64,000 nucleotides of DNA from an uncultured Undibacterium sp. (GCA_963512475.1 CAUPNA010000004.1:2551-66550), one strand, 5' to 3'; numbered from the stretch's first letter, positions 35,137 through 44,176 are shown. Program-made: numbers and translations. The notes: a model not told the origin generated them from the sequence alone.

Positions 35137-36072
35137 TCAATGCTGATGCCCAAGCCTCACCGTTATGGCCGGATGCCGCTCCACCAATCCCTTCAGCGCT
35201 TGTAAGCTGCTTAGATTACTGGCGTGATCGCGCGTGTAGTCACCTGGTTCTACCCCGTTTTCCCAGCCCCATAGTGTGTGCGAGGTATCGCCTACGATGA
35301 GGACAGGGCCTTGTGTACTGCGTACCAGATAGGCGGTGCTGCCTTTGGTATGACCTGGTACCGCAATCGCAAAGACGCTGCCGTCGCCGAAAATATCGAT
35401 GACCGAGCGGCTGCTTGCGGCTGAGTCTATCTGGTCAAACGCCCATTCTTGCAAGGGTGCCCGATTGGCGAGTAACTGATCAGTGGCGGGGCGCACGACC
35501 ATGTTGAGCCAGTAGGTGTCTTTGCTTTCACCCGCTCCTGTACAGACCGGGACAGACGTCGGTATATCGGGTAAACCACTGATGTGATCGAGATGCAAAT
35601 GAGTGAGAAATACACCGGATAATTTTTGCGGTAATTTGGCCAAAATAGTGGACGTGCTGGTTTTTACCTGCATTTTTTCTAGTTGCATACCTTTCCGCAG
35701 CATCCAGCCAAAACCAAAACGAGCCGGATCTGCTATCAGTTGTGCCGAGACGCCGGTATCGATTAAAAAGTAGCCAAACTGAGGATGTTTAATCACGTAG
35801 GTGAAAATTTGTATCGCCTCATCCTTATCCTTGAGCTGCGCCTGACGTGCTGCTAGGCTATCTAAATTGACTAGCCCGGACAGGGGCACAGACCAGTTTG
35901 CAGCGGTGACAGTTTCGACGTTGATAGTGCCGGGTTGGTCTATCAATGCTTCCATGGTCGCTTGTGTGCTGGGCTTTCCTAAACGCGATGTTTCGGTAGG
36001 ATGATTGCTGCTAGTGCAGGCTTGTAGGACGAATAAGGAAATGAGTGTCAGGCTGAGTGTGAGCTTATTCAT
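35137..36072 (-). CDS. Metallo-beta-lactamase fold hydrolase, lipoprotein (AHL-lactonase-like)
   Basis: LIDTG, THLHLDH, PGHT.G, VGDTSH, LGHQ; lipobox LQAC. Confidence 0.82.
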   Translation of the reverse strand: MNKLTLSLTLISLFVLQACTSSNHPTETSRLGKPSTQATMEALIDQPGTINVETVTAANWSVPLSGLVNLDSLAARQAQLKDKDEAIQIFTYVIKHPQFGYFLIDTGVSAQLIADPARFGFGWMLRKGMQLEKMQVKTSTSTILAKLPQKLSGVFLTHLHLDHISGLPDIPTSVPVCTGAGESKDTYWLNMVVRPATDQLLANRAPLQEWAFDQIDSAASSRSVIDIFGDGSVFAIAVPGHTKGSTAYLVRSTQGPVLIVGDTSHTLWGWENGVEPGDYTRDHASNLSSLQALKGLVERHPAITVRLGHQH

Positions 36073-36107
36073 GTGACGTATCTATCTTTAAGAAAATGGC
36101 GTTTGAA

Positions 36108-36545
36108 TTATTTGTTTTTGACGGGCATAAAGCTCCCGCTGGCATTTCCCAAGCCAAATAAGGGCATATTGACGTAGATATTGCTGTGACTGCCGGCTTT
36201 GATTTGGTAACTTTCATGCCAAATGCCCACCGCAGTATTTCCATCGGAAGCTTGTTGAAACGCGCGCCAAGCGGGCAGGTGTTGGCGTTCTTTGCTTCTG
36301 GCATAGGCGTGTAACTGTTCTAGCGAACGCCAGTACTGCAGTGTGATAATCGTGCGACCAAACCAGGCGTCCGCATGTAATAGACCCAGTTCTGGTTGTG
36401 CGTACAATTCGGTCAGCATTTTCGGCATCGCACGCGCTACCGGCAACCAACGGTGTACTTGTAAAGGCTTATTGATGCGCATGCCGATCAAGAAAAGGAC
36501 AAAATCCCCCTCTAGTTCCGCTTTCATACGATGTGGATAAATCAT
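36108..36545 (-). CDS. DUF4188 family protein
   Basis: FVLFLIGMRINK, LQYWRS.E.L..YAR, H.PAW, GIWHESY. Confidence 0.8.
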   Translation of the reverse strand: MIYPHRMKAELEGDFVLFLIGMRINKPLQVHRWLPVARAMPKMLTELYAQPELGLLHADAWFGRTIITLQYWRSLEQLHAYARSKERQHLPAWRAFQQASDGNTAVGIWHESYQIKAGSHSNIYVNMPLFGLGNASGSFMPVKNK

Positions 36546-36699
36546 CTGGTCGCCTCTAAAATTAACAGTTAAGGCAGTGTCGCATATCCAAATATCTGCG
36601 ACAATTGCCTAAATTCTGATGTATCCATCCGAATTTAAATGAATGCTGCCTCTGCTTGTCGCAGTTGTTCCGATAGAAATGAGACTCAAAGAGGCGCGT

Positions 36700-37596
36700 A
36701 TGGGTTTACGTTGGGATGATGTCAAACTATTTGTGACCGTCGTTGAACAAGGCAGTTTGAGTGCGGCTGCACGTGTTTTACGGCTTGGGCAACCAACTTT
36801 GAGCCGGCGTATCGGTGAGCTTGAAGAAGCGATAGGTGAGAACTTGTTTGAGCGCGCCAGTAGTGGCGTGACTTTGACCCAAGCTGGTGAAAAACTACTA
36901 CCTGCTGCGCAAAGAATGGCTGAATGGGCGCATCAGGCCGAGCAAAATATCAGCCAAAAGACCCGTCTGCCGGAAGGAAAAATCCGCATCGCCGCACCGC
37001 CTGGGATTGCTTTTGACTTGCTGGCGCCTTTAAGCAAACAATTACAGACCAAATATCCCAAGTTATACATGGAGGTCTTGTCAGGCGTAGAAACCTTAAA
37101 CCTAGGACGAGGCGAAGCGGATATCTCCTTACGCACGGCAGCACCGAATGACGAGGACCTGATTTGCCTGAACCAAGTACATACCACCGTTCGTGTGTAT
37201 GCCGCGCCAAGCTATGCGGCAGAACTAGGTGAGCACCCTAAGCTTGAAGACTTAAATTGGATATGCTGGGCAGAGTCGCATGACCACTTGTACGTCAATC
37301 AAAGTTTACGCGCCATGATTCCGAATTTTCGACCAGCTTTTACCTCAGACGATTTCAATGTTCAAGTCGCAGCTTGTCGCGCTGGCATCGGGGTGATGCC
37401 TTTAGCTAAAGCGCCGCATAGGTATTCCGTGATCAATGAGTTGACTGAACTTAATCTGGATTTGGGGCCAGATGCGGTGGGCAGTTTGTATTTGGTGGTA
37501 CACAAGCGCCATCGCTATTTGCCTAAGGTCCAATGTGTCACGGAACTCATTAGTGCAGCGTTTGAAGAACTTAGACAAACGCTCAATCGTCCTTAG
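36700..37596 (+). CDS. LysR family regulator, divergent from DUF4188/MBL genes
   Basis: WDDVKLF, GSLSAAAR.L...QPTLSRRI..LE; start ATG 36700 after GAGG. Confidence 0.9.
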   Translation: MGLRWDDVKLFVTVVEQGSLSAAARVLRLGQPTLSRRIGELEEAIGENLFERASSGVTLTQAGEKLLPAAQRMAEWAHQAEQNISQKTRLPEGKIRIAAPPGIAFDLLAPLSKQLQTKYPKLYMEVLSGVETLNLGRGEADISLRTAAPNDEDLICLNQVHTTVRVYAAPSYAAELGEHPKLEDLNWICWAESHDHLYVNQSLRAMIPNFRPAFTSDDFNVQVAACRAGIGVMPLAKAPHRYSVINELTELNLDLGPDAVGSLYLVVHKRHRYLPKVQCVTELISAAFEELRQTLNRP

Positions 37597-37638
37597 CGCT
37601 GATGTCATCGAGCTTTTCTTGTTGGTACAAGCAAGCGC

Positions 37639-37740
37639 TCAATCACTCCCGCGGCCGCTTACTGGCACGCGTAAATCGTCTAAATAGTCGCCAGCGATAT
37701 TGACGCTGCACGACACGCCCAAGTGTTGGCGGTGCTCAAG
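37639..37740 (-). pseudogene. Orphan duplicate of the patatin gene 3' end
   Basis: Translates LEHRQHLGVSCSVNIAGDYLDDLRVPVSGRGSD* versus RQHLGVSCSVNIARDYLDDLRVPVGGRSS* of 39452-40558; offset 1810 bp. Confidence 0.9.
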
Positions 37741-38090
37741 CAGAGCGTGCATCGCAAATGGCTGCACAATACCCGATCACGCGATTGATAGGATTTGCGC
37801 GTCCTTTTCTATCTTGGTGAGTGCTCGTCAGATCAGGGATAAGACTTTGTAGTGCGTTGTCTGTTTGGGTTGATGGAGAGCCTAAGTCTCTGCTGAAAAG
37901 TGTCATTCGCGTACTCAGCTTTTCTGAAAATCACCTGCACCTTTTGTCGGTTTGTTTAAACCAAGTTGTTGTAGGGTATAAGCAAATTCAGCTAAGCCTG
38001 ATGCGGGTTTCCAGAAGGTAGAAACAAATTGCCAAATTTTTGATGGTCGGTTATCTTTGCAATTTGTTAAATAAAATCGCGTTATATGCC

Positions 38091-38390
38091 ATGAGCGAAA
38101 CAAATAAGCGCACATTGAAATTTTTGGCCATCGCAATTGTCGGTTGCCTTGCGCTATCGTTTTTCTTTCACGTTCCTTTCATTTATACGCTTTGTGGATT
38201 TGCTGCTTGGATGGCATTTGGTCATTTGATTACTATTGATGACGACGCTCCTGGCGGCTTCAGCAATTCAGGCGAAAACAAAATGATATGGCGTCATTCT
38301 TTACTTGAATTGGTTTTGAAGTTCGGCGTACTTATATTTTTATGTGTGCTTGCTTTTACAGTTCCAGTAATTAGAAGCTATGGTGCTTAA
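38091..38390 (+). CDS. Cassette 1: small membrane protein
   Basis: ATG 10 nt after core site GTTATAT; 3-4 hydrophobic segments. Confidence 0.75.
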   Translation: MSETNKRTLKFLAIAIVGCLALSFFFHVPFIYTLCGFAAWMAFGHLITIDDDAPGGFSNSGENKMIWRHSLLELVLKFGVLIFLCVLAFTVPVIRSYGA

Positions 38391-38402
38391 TATGAACCAC
38401 GC

Positions 38403-38456
38403 ATATAACTCAACATTTGACGCCGACGCTTCGCGCCGGTCAATTTAGCGTTAGAA
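38403..38456 (+). mobile_element. attC: attC site 1
   Basis: R'' ATATAAC, 5-bp spacer, L'' ATTTGAC, stem cgccgacgcttcgcgccg, L' GGTCAAT, spacer, R' GTTAGAA. Confidence 0.85.
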
Positions 38457-38461
38457 GGCAT

Positions 38462-38821
38462 ATGGATACGTTGCGACTGGGAGAAAGGCTCGATGAGCTC
38501 ATACTAAAGTATCGCGAAATCGCTTTCTCTTCATGGGAAAGGAGTTGTCCGTCCAGCGAACACCATTTCAACGACTATGCACCGGGCGATCCAAATGACT
38601 CAACGTGGTGGCAAGCAGACACAGATGTTCTTGAAATCGTTCTTGATTCCGACGGTCAAAAATGGGCTAATGTCTCGATCGTACTTTATCCGCAGGGTGT
38701 CCACTCTCTCCCTCCCGCTCTATCAGCGGGTCTGGCGATATATGAGGACGGACGTGTCGAAGGCATTTGGGCGAGCGGAGAGAAGTTCGATCACATACAG
38801 GTGCGAAACGATGCCATCTAG
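38462..38821 (+). CDS. Cassette 2: hypothetical acidic protein
   Basis: ATG 12 nt after GTTAGAA core; stop lies in inverse core atgccatcTAGc. Confidence 0.7.
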   Translation: MDTLRLGERLDELILKYREIAFSSWERSCPSSEHHFNDYAPGDPNDSTWWQADTDVLEIVLDSDGQKWANVSIVLYPQGVHSLPPALSAGLAIYEDGRVEGIWASGEKFDHIQVRNDAI

Positions 38822-38866
38822 CATGACATTCATAACGGACGCGCGCCGCACAATTCAGCGAAAAAT
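38816..38866 (+). mobile_element. attC: Degenerate attC site 2
   Basis: R'' ATCTAGC (expected TTCTAAC); R' gAAaaatgcc where gTTaaatgcc is predicted from cassette 3 inverse core ggcatttaac. Confidence 0.65.
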
Positions 38867-38886
38867 GCCAAGTTTAGAGGATTTCA

Positions 38887-39312
38887 GTGACTATCAAAAT
38901 TGAACAAAGTAATTGGTCTGAGGCGAGTAAGCGTTCTTTCGCCTACGGCGGATCTTTTTTGTACAGTGGCTCTGATCCTGATTGCTACGAAAACGTTGTG
39001 TGTCGTTGCTTCAAGTGCGAGCAGTCATTCGTATTCACCGCCAAAGAACAAAAAATTGCCTTCGAAGTCCACAAGCAATATGTTTGGAAGCCAAAGAGGC
39101 GCTGTAATCAGTGTCAGCTTAAGCTTGAAAATATTCAAACTCGTGAACGTGAATTACAGCTCGCCTGGAATAAAAATGGCAAAGTTCTTTGTTTCGATCG
39201 CAATTTTTTGGAAGAATGGCTAACAATCTTGGAGTTGATTCCGCTTTTTGGAAAGAGGGAAAATAGTTCCGCAATCAGAATGTTAAGGAAAGCTTTACTT
39301 GGAGGCATTTAA
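38887..39312 (+). CDS. Cassette 3: zinc-ribbon (zf-trcl-like) protein
   Basis: CFKC..SFVFTAKEQ...P.RRCNQC four-Cys pattern. Confidence 0.75.
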   Translation: MTIKIEQSNWSEASKRSFAYGGSFLYSGSDPDCYENVVCRCFKCEQSFVFTAKEQKIAFEVHKQYVWKPKRRCNQCQLKLENIQTRERELQLAWNKNGKVLCFDRNFLEEWLTILELIPLFGKRENSSAIRMLRKALLGGI

Positions 39313-39396
39313 CATAACAGTCGATGGTGGTGCCGCGCTGCTGCTTTCTCCCTGTGCCAGCCGTATCGCGCGGCGCACATCACTTTTACGTTGAAG
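39307..39396 (+). mobile_element. attC: attC site 3 (90 bp)
   Basis: R'' ATTTAAC, L'' AGTCGATG pairs with L' CATCACT with one extrahelical C, inner stem ccgcgc/gcgcgg, R' GTTGAAG. Confidence 0.85.
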
Positions 39397-39451
39397 CATA
39401 ACTGACCGCATGACTCACAGCGATGACACTTCACTTTCACAACTACACCGC

Positions 39452-40558
39452 TCAACTACTACGCCCACCAACCGGCACGCGCAAATCATCCAAATAATCA
39501 CGGGCAATATTCACGCTACACGACACACCCAAGTGTTGGCGTTGATCTTGCAGCCATTGCTTGGCGCAGCTTTGCCCGAGGTCACGTAACTGATAAATTA
39601 GTTTGGCGTCAGTTTGTGATTTGCTGGAGGCAGGATAGGCTTCGAGTTGTTCGCCGCCGTCGATGCGATGCATGAGAACGTCTTTGTAGCGAGTGGCATC
39701 AAGTTTGTTCTCCGCCAACAGACGCTTAACAAAATCAATCGCGCGCATCTCAGCGATGAGGGCTGAATTAAACGTCATTTCGTTGAGTCGGTCTAAAATA
39801 TCGGCCGAGGTTTTTGGCAAGCTATCGCGTCGAATCGGATTGATCTGCACCAGCATGATGTCGCGACTTTGGCATTCGTAAATGAGCGGATGTATCGCCG
39901 GGTTCCCCGAATAACCCCCGTCCCAATAATGTTCGCCTTCAATTTCTACTGCCTGAAACACGGTGGGCAGACAAGCCGATGCCATGACCGCATCGGCAGT
40001 CAGGCGCTGGCCGCTAAATATCTCGGCCTTGCCGTCGCTGACTTTGGTCGCGACTACAAACACTTTCAACTGCGTGCATGTCGCCAGTCGGTCAAAATCA
40101 ATTTGACGTTCTAGAAAGTCTTTGAGCGGATTAATATCTAAGGGATTACTTTGATAGGGCGAAATAGAACTGGTCCATAGACTACCAAGCGATTCAGAAA
40201 ACATTTGCGCCGGTGAGTGCGCGCCAGCAAGAGCCGCCATACCACCAAACAAAAGATCAAACGGTACACGATGTGCGTGTGCCAGGCTATTTTGCATGGC
40301 GTTCATACTGATGACGCCGTCCCAAAAATCCTTTAACGACTGTCGTGCTGCCTCACGCCGCACCAGTGCAGATTTTTTATCCGCTAGTGCAAAGCCGTGT
40401 GCCATTGCTACTGCATTCATGGCACCAGCGCTGGTGCCACTCACGCCTTCAAATTGGATAGTGCCATCGTCGAGTAAGGCATCAAGTACGCCCCAAGTGA
40501 AGGCACCATGTGAACCACCACCTTGTAATGCCAGATTGACGATATGTTGCTTGCTCAA
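39452..40558 (-). CDS. Patatin-like phospholipase/esterase
   Basis: LQGGGSHG oxyanion loop, GTSAG nucleophile Ser, WDGGY catalytic Asp. Confidence 0.92.
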   Translation of the reverse strand: MSKQHIVNLALQGGGSHGAFTWGVLDALLDDGTIQFEGVSGTSAGAMNAVAMAHGFALADKKSALVRREAARQSLKDFWDGVISMNAMQNSLAHAHRVPFDLLFGGMAALAGAHSPAQMFSESLGSLWTSSISPYQSNPLDINPLKDFLERQIDFDRLATCTQLKVFVVATKVSDGKAEIFSGQRLTADAVMASACLPTVFQAVEIEGEHYWDGGYSGNPAIHPLIYECQSRDIMLVQINPIRRDSLPKTSADILDRLNEMTFNSALIAEMRAIDFVKRLLAENKLDATRYKDVLMHRIDGGEQLEAYPASSKSQTDAKLIYQLRDLGQSCAKQWLQDQRQHLGVSCSVNIARDYLDDLRVPVGGRSS

Positions 40559-40928
40559 ATGAATCTCCCTATGGGTGTTTTTTGCGATTGGGGCGAGGCT
40601 GCGATATCGTCAGAGTATAACGCTTGTGTATCTCGGCCGTGACTTCTTGCTTACGGGAAGAAGCGTACATGTGCGTCTTCGTTGAGCATAAAGCCTATTT
40701 GAGGTTGAATGAAACAATTTCCAAATTCGGCGATAAGTTTTATGATGGTGCTAGAAATTAAGGAAATCGTATGCTACGCCAAACTACTCAATTCGCCTTA
40801 GTGCATTGGCAAATATGTTCGCTAGTAAACCTATTTCGAATTACGATTGGCGAAAGTTTTGAGTTGATATAGCTTGAACAGAGATACTTAAATTATTATT
40901 CTTTTTTTTGTTTGTTATGGGACTTCAC

Positions 40929-41378
40929 ATGCAGTTGATATTTACAAAAGGCTCGGGCAAACACGATCAAATGGAAGTGATGCGCAACGGCGTCGTCGCC
41001 GAAAGCATAGCGTGCCCAAAGCAGGGAATTATTCCTCATGATATGGTGCATTTTGGTGTTGAGAGCACATTGCACAAACGCGGATTTGTTGATCGTATTC
41101 TTCACGGAGAAGCGGCAACATTTCAGATGGAATCAGAACCAGAAAGTGATGGCGTAGAGCGTCTGGTTGAAGTCTTTCAAGCAGACGGCTGGTCTGGCTG
41201 GAATAGTGCTCCCGCTGATATGTTGGATTTGTATCAGGTCACTTGTCATGCACGTCAATGTGAGCCCTTGCAATTGAGCCTAGAGGATATTGATGCGGTA
41301 CGTAAAAAACTTTTAGAGCTGACCGCGCAATGGCAATTGGTCGCGATAGGCGAGTCTTTGGTTTTGCAATTCGAATAG
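40929..41378 (+). CDS. Hypothetical protein with a PHDMVH...E motif
   Basis: 150-aa ORF, GGGA RBS before ATG 40929. Confidence 0.7.
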   Translation: MQLIFTKGSGKHDQMEVMRNGVVAESIACPKQGIIPHDMVHFGVESTLHKRGFVDRILHGEAATFQMESEPESDGVERLVEVFQADGWSGWNSAPADMLDLYQVTCHARQCEPLQLSLEDIDAVRKKLLELTAQWQLVAIGESLVLQFE

Positions 41379-41422
41379 AGTTGATTTGATACATCGCCTT
41401 GTTTCACAAATAAGGAGGCAAA

Positions 41423-42154
41423 ATGAGCATCGCAGCATCCACCCAGCAATCAGTCACAACGGTAGTTAAGCAGTTAGAAGCGTTAGGTCTGGAATCTTAC
41501 CGCAACACCATGCGCAAACATGGTGCGCAAGAACCTATCTTCGGTGTCAAAATTGAAGAGATGAAGAAGCTGATGAAGCCTTATAAGAATGATCTGGCTT
41601 TTGCTTGTGCTCTGTTTGATACTGGGATTTATGACGCGCAGTATATGGCGGGTTTGCTGGCCGACGGTAGCAAGATGAGTGCGGCGCAATTGCAGCACTG
41701 GGTAGAAACGGCCAACTCGCATGGCATACGTGAATACAGTGTGGCATGGGTAGCGGCAGAGAGTTCGCATGCCATGTCCTTAGGATTGGCGTGGATAGAT
41801 TCTGATAACCACGATATTGCAGCCGCTGGCTGGTGCACGCTGAGTAGTTATATCTCAGTCACAGACGATGCGGATTTGGATTTGAAGCTATTACAAAAAC
41901 TGCTCAAGCGCGTGCAAGCTGGGATTCATCAAGCACCAAATCGTGTGTCTTATTGTATGAACGGTTTTGTGATTGCTTTGGGCTGCTATGTGTCGGCACT
42001 CAGCGAAGCAGCAATTCAAGCCGGACAAAAAATCGGCGAAGTCGTTATCGATGTCGGTGATACATCCTGTAAGGTACCGTTCTCGCCAGACTATATTGCC
42101 AAAGTCGCGCAGCGTGGTAGCTTGGGTAAAAAGCGTAAGACGACCAAGTGCTAA
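41423..42154 (+). CDS. DNA alkylation repair (AlkD-like HEAT repeat) protein
   Basis: KHGA.EP.FGVK, ALFDTG.YDA.Y.A, NRV.YCMNGFVIALG. Confidence 0.8.
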   Translation: MSIAASTQQSVTTVVKQLEALGLESYRNTMRKHGAQEPIFGVKIEEMKKLMKPYKNDLAFACALFDTGIYDAQYMAGLLADGSKMSAAQLQHWVETANSHGIREYSVAWVAAESSHAMSLGLAWIDSDNHDIAAAGWCTLSSYISVTDDADLDLKLLQKLLKRVQAGIHQAPNRVSYCMNGFVIALGCYVSALSEAAIQAGQKIGEVVIDVGDTSCKVPFSPDYIAKVAQRGSLGKKRKTTKC

Positions 42155-42163
42155 GGACCTAAA

Positions 42164-42976
42164 TTAGCTTTTACTCTGCAAGCTCTTTTCATATTCACCC
42201 GGCGTCATTCCTATCAAGGCACGAAAATCTCGACCGAAATGCGCCTGATCAAAGTAGCCTAGTTCCAGTGCCAGATCACTCCAACTACAGGTTTTACCCG
42301 CCTGCACTTGGGCGATGGCTTGATGCAAGCGGTAGCGTTGAATTACCCACTTTGGACTGGCACCGACATAGACTTGAAACAGGCGTTGCAAGCTGCGTTT
42401 GTCTAAACCGGTATGTCTGATTAAATCGTCGACGCTAATCAGACTGCGATCTTGCTCTATGTCTTTGAGTAATTGATCTAGGAAATTTAGTTTGGGATCT
42501 GCTTCAGGTAAATACGCCAATAGAAAATGCTCTGCCACTTCGCACATCGCCGAAAAATCTCGTGCCGCTTCAATTCCTGCCACTAGATCCTGATCGCCAG
42601 CAGCAAAACAGACGTTGATATCAAGTGTTTGATTATGAATATCTGCGATGGGTTTTCGGTGAAATGAATAAAAACCACCTGCCTTGAATTTGATACCAAA
42701 GACTCGGTCTTGTTCTGCCAATTCTCGTGTGAACCGCTCGCTGTGTACGCCGTAAATAAGTGCTTTTCCTTGCTCTACGATGAGATGTACATTCGGATGC
42801 GGCAAGGTTGCTTGCTGTTGCGGTGGGCATCCACGCAAATCCCAACTAACGAACCAGTAATGCGCAACGAATTGCGCTAATGAAGCGCTAGGGGCTAGGC
42901 GCAGATGTTGAAATTGCCCTTCGCTAAAGTGAGGGCGTAGTACACCGCGCGGTTCATGGTTTTTCATATTGTTCAA
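42164..42976 (-). CDS. AraC family regulator with N-terminal DUF6597-like domain
   Basis: LAQFVAHYW, TLPHP, FGIKF; RSLQRLF..YVG.SPKW, GYFDQAHF.RDF. Confidence 0.88.
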   Translation of the reverse strand: MNNMKNHEPRGVLRPHFSEGQFQHLRLAPSASLAQFVAHYWFVSWDLRGCPPQQQATLPHPNVHLIVEQGKALIYGVHSERFTRELAEQDRVFGIKFKAGGFYSFHRKPIADIHNQTLDINVCFAAGDQDLVAGIEAARDFSAMCEVAEHFLLAYLPEADPKLNFLDQLLKDIEQDRSLISVDDLIRHTGLDKRSLQRLFQVYVGASPKWVIQRYRLHQAIAQVQAGKTCSWSDLALELGYFDQAHFGRDFRALIGMTPGEYEKSLQSKS

Positions 42977-43072
42977 TTTGGTTTGTCGCGTTTTTACTAT
43001 CCAATGGCGATGAACCAGTTTTAAATGTATCTAATAATGCGATGCCGAATCATGAGCCATTGAAAGATAACG

Positions 43073-43588
43073 ATGAAACGAATAAATCAAGCATTAAGCC
43101 AAGGATTATATGTAGCTTGCCTTAGTTTGTGCATAATGACTACCCACAGCTACGCAGAAAATACACCGATCGCTATTCAACTCAAGGACTCGACTATGCA
43201 ACAGATACGCGGCAGTTTCGACGTAAAACTTCAACCACAAGCGCCAGCTCCTGCAATTGTAGACGCCAAATTGGGACGTCAAACCATCGATAAACAATTT
43301 CATGGTGATTTGAACGCGCACAGTTTGGGTGAAATGTTGGCGGCAATGACCGAGGTCAAAGGTTCTGCAGGCTACGTGGCGATAGAGCGGGTGAGTGGTA
43401 CTTTACAAGGTAAGCGCGGCAGCTTTGTTCTGATGCATACCGGCGTTATGGACAAAGGCACGCCACACCTGACAATACAAGTTGTGCCGGATTCCGGCAC
43501 GGATGAGTTAGTGGGCTTGAAAGGGCAAATGCAGATAGAAATTAAGGAGGGAAAGCATTTCTATGTTTTTGATTATAGTTTGCCGTGA
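43073..43588 (+). CDS. DUF3224 family protein, exported
   Basis: GSFDVKL, K.FHGDL, SAGYVAIERV.GTL.GK.GSFVL.H, VVPDSGTDEL.GL.G. Confidence 0.82.
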   Translation: MKRINQALSQGLYVACLSLCIMTTHSYAENTPIAIQLKDSTMQQIRGSFDVKLQPQAPAPAIVDAKLGRQTIDKQFHGDLNAHSLGEMLAAMTEVKGSAGYVAIERVSGTLQGKRGSFVLMHTGVMDKGTPHLTIQVVPDSGTDELVGLKGQMQIEIKEGKHFYVFDYSLP

Positions 43589-43620
43589 TCGCACATTGCA
43601 CAACGTGATCTGAGTTCCGA

Positions 43621-43914
43621 CTATAAATGCTTAGTCGGTACCATTGTTTGATGCAATATTGCGAGCACGACGATGTCATTTTGAACAAGCTGGTAGTAAA
43701 TCATGTGACTAGCTTGAGGAAGACTGCGTATTTCTTTACCAAGATCGTCGCTACGGTCAATGCCAAGAAGCGGATGTTCCATGAGCTGACGTAATGTATG
43801 ACGCAGCTCGTTAATGTAGGTTTGAGCTTGAGTCTTACCCCAAGTCTTGTTTGTATAGTTGCGGATTTCCAGCAAGTCTTGCTTGGCTTCCTCTGTAAAA
43901 ATTAAGCGAGCCAT
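43621..43914 (-). CDS. Type II TA toxin, ParE/RelE family
   Basis: FTEEAKQDL.EI..YT...WG..QA..Y, HMIYY, ILHQ.M. Confidence 0.88.
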   Translation of the reverse strand: MARLIFTEEAKQDLLEIRNYTNKTWGKTQAQTYINELRHTLRQLMEHPLLGIDRSDDLGKEIRSLPQASHMIYYQLVQNDIVVLAILHQTMVPTKHL

Positions 43915-43915
43915 C

Positions 43916-44176
43916 TTAGGTGATGTCTTCATCTAACATGGATTGCAACAGCGCTTCGCCATCATGCGTTTTTCCATTGCTAAGGTCATATTGCGCGCGT
44001 TGAATTTTGTCTTGCAACTGGTGTAGCTTGAGCGATTCTAGTGCTGCGTAGTCTTCCATTGACAGCATAACCGCAACCGCTTTGCCGTTGCGACTGATTT
44101 CAACAGGAGCGCGTTGCACTTTGAGCAATAGATCGCCGAATTGTGTTTTCGCTTGATTGGAGGTTAAGGTTTCCAT
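43916..44176 (-). CDS. Type II TA antitoxin, Phd/YefM family
   Basis: AKTQFGDLL, PVEISRNGKAVAVMLS; imperfect palindrome ttcgat...atcgaa at 44204-44227 upstream. Confidence 0.88.
   Translation of the reverse strand: METLTSNQAKTQFGDLLLKVQRAPVEISRNGKAVAVMLSMEDYAALESLKLHQLQDKIQRAQYDLSNGKTHDGEALLQSMLDEDIT

Larger units (their letters stand above)
38081..39396 (+). mobile_element. Integron cassette array without integrase (CALIN), 3 cassettes
   Basis: Three short promoterless-looking ORFs each followed by an attC-type site; each cassette's leading core complements its own inverse core (GTTATATGC/GCATATAAC). Confidence 0.85.

Noticed and set aside
37750-38080. Integron integrase or attI remnant (ORFs 37821-38021 and 37915-38136)
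   Set aside because: No tyrosine-recombinase motifs; only a short inverted repeat (aacaaattgc/gcaatttgtt), not enough to call attI
38417-38461. Longer start for cassette 2 (TTG 38417)
   Set aside because: Runs through attC1; ATG 38462 just after the core site fits cassette architecture
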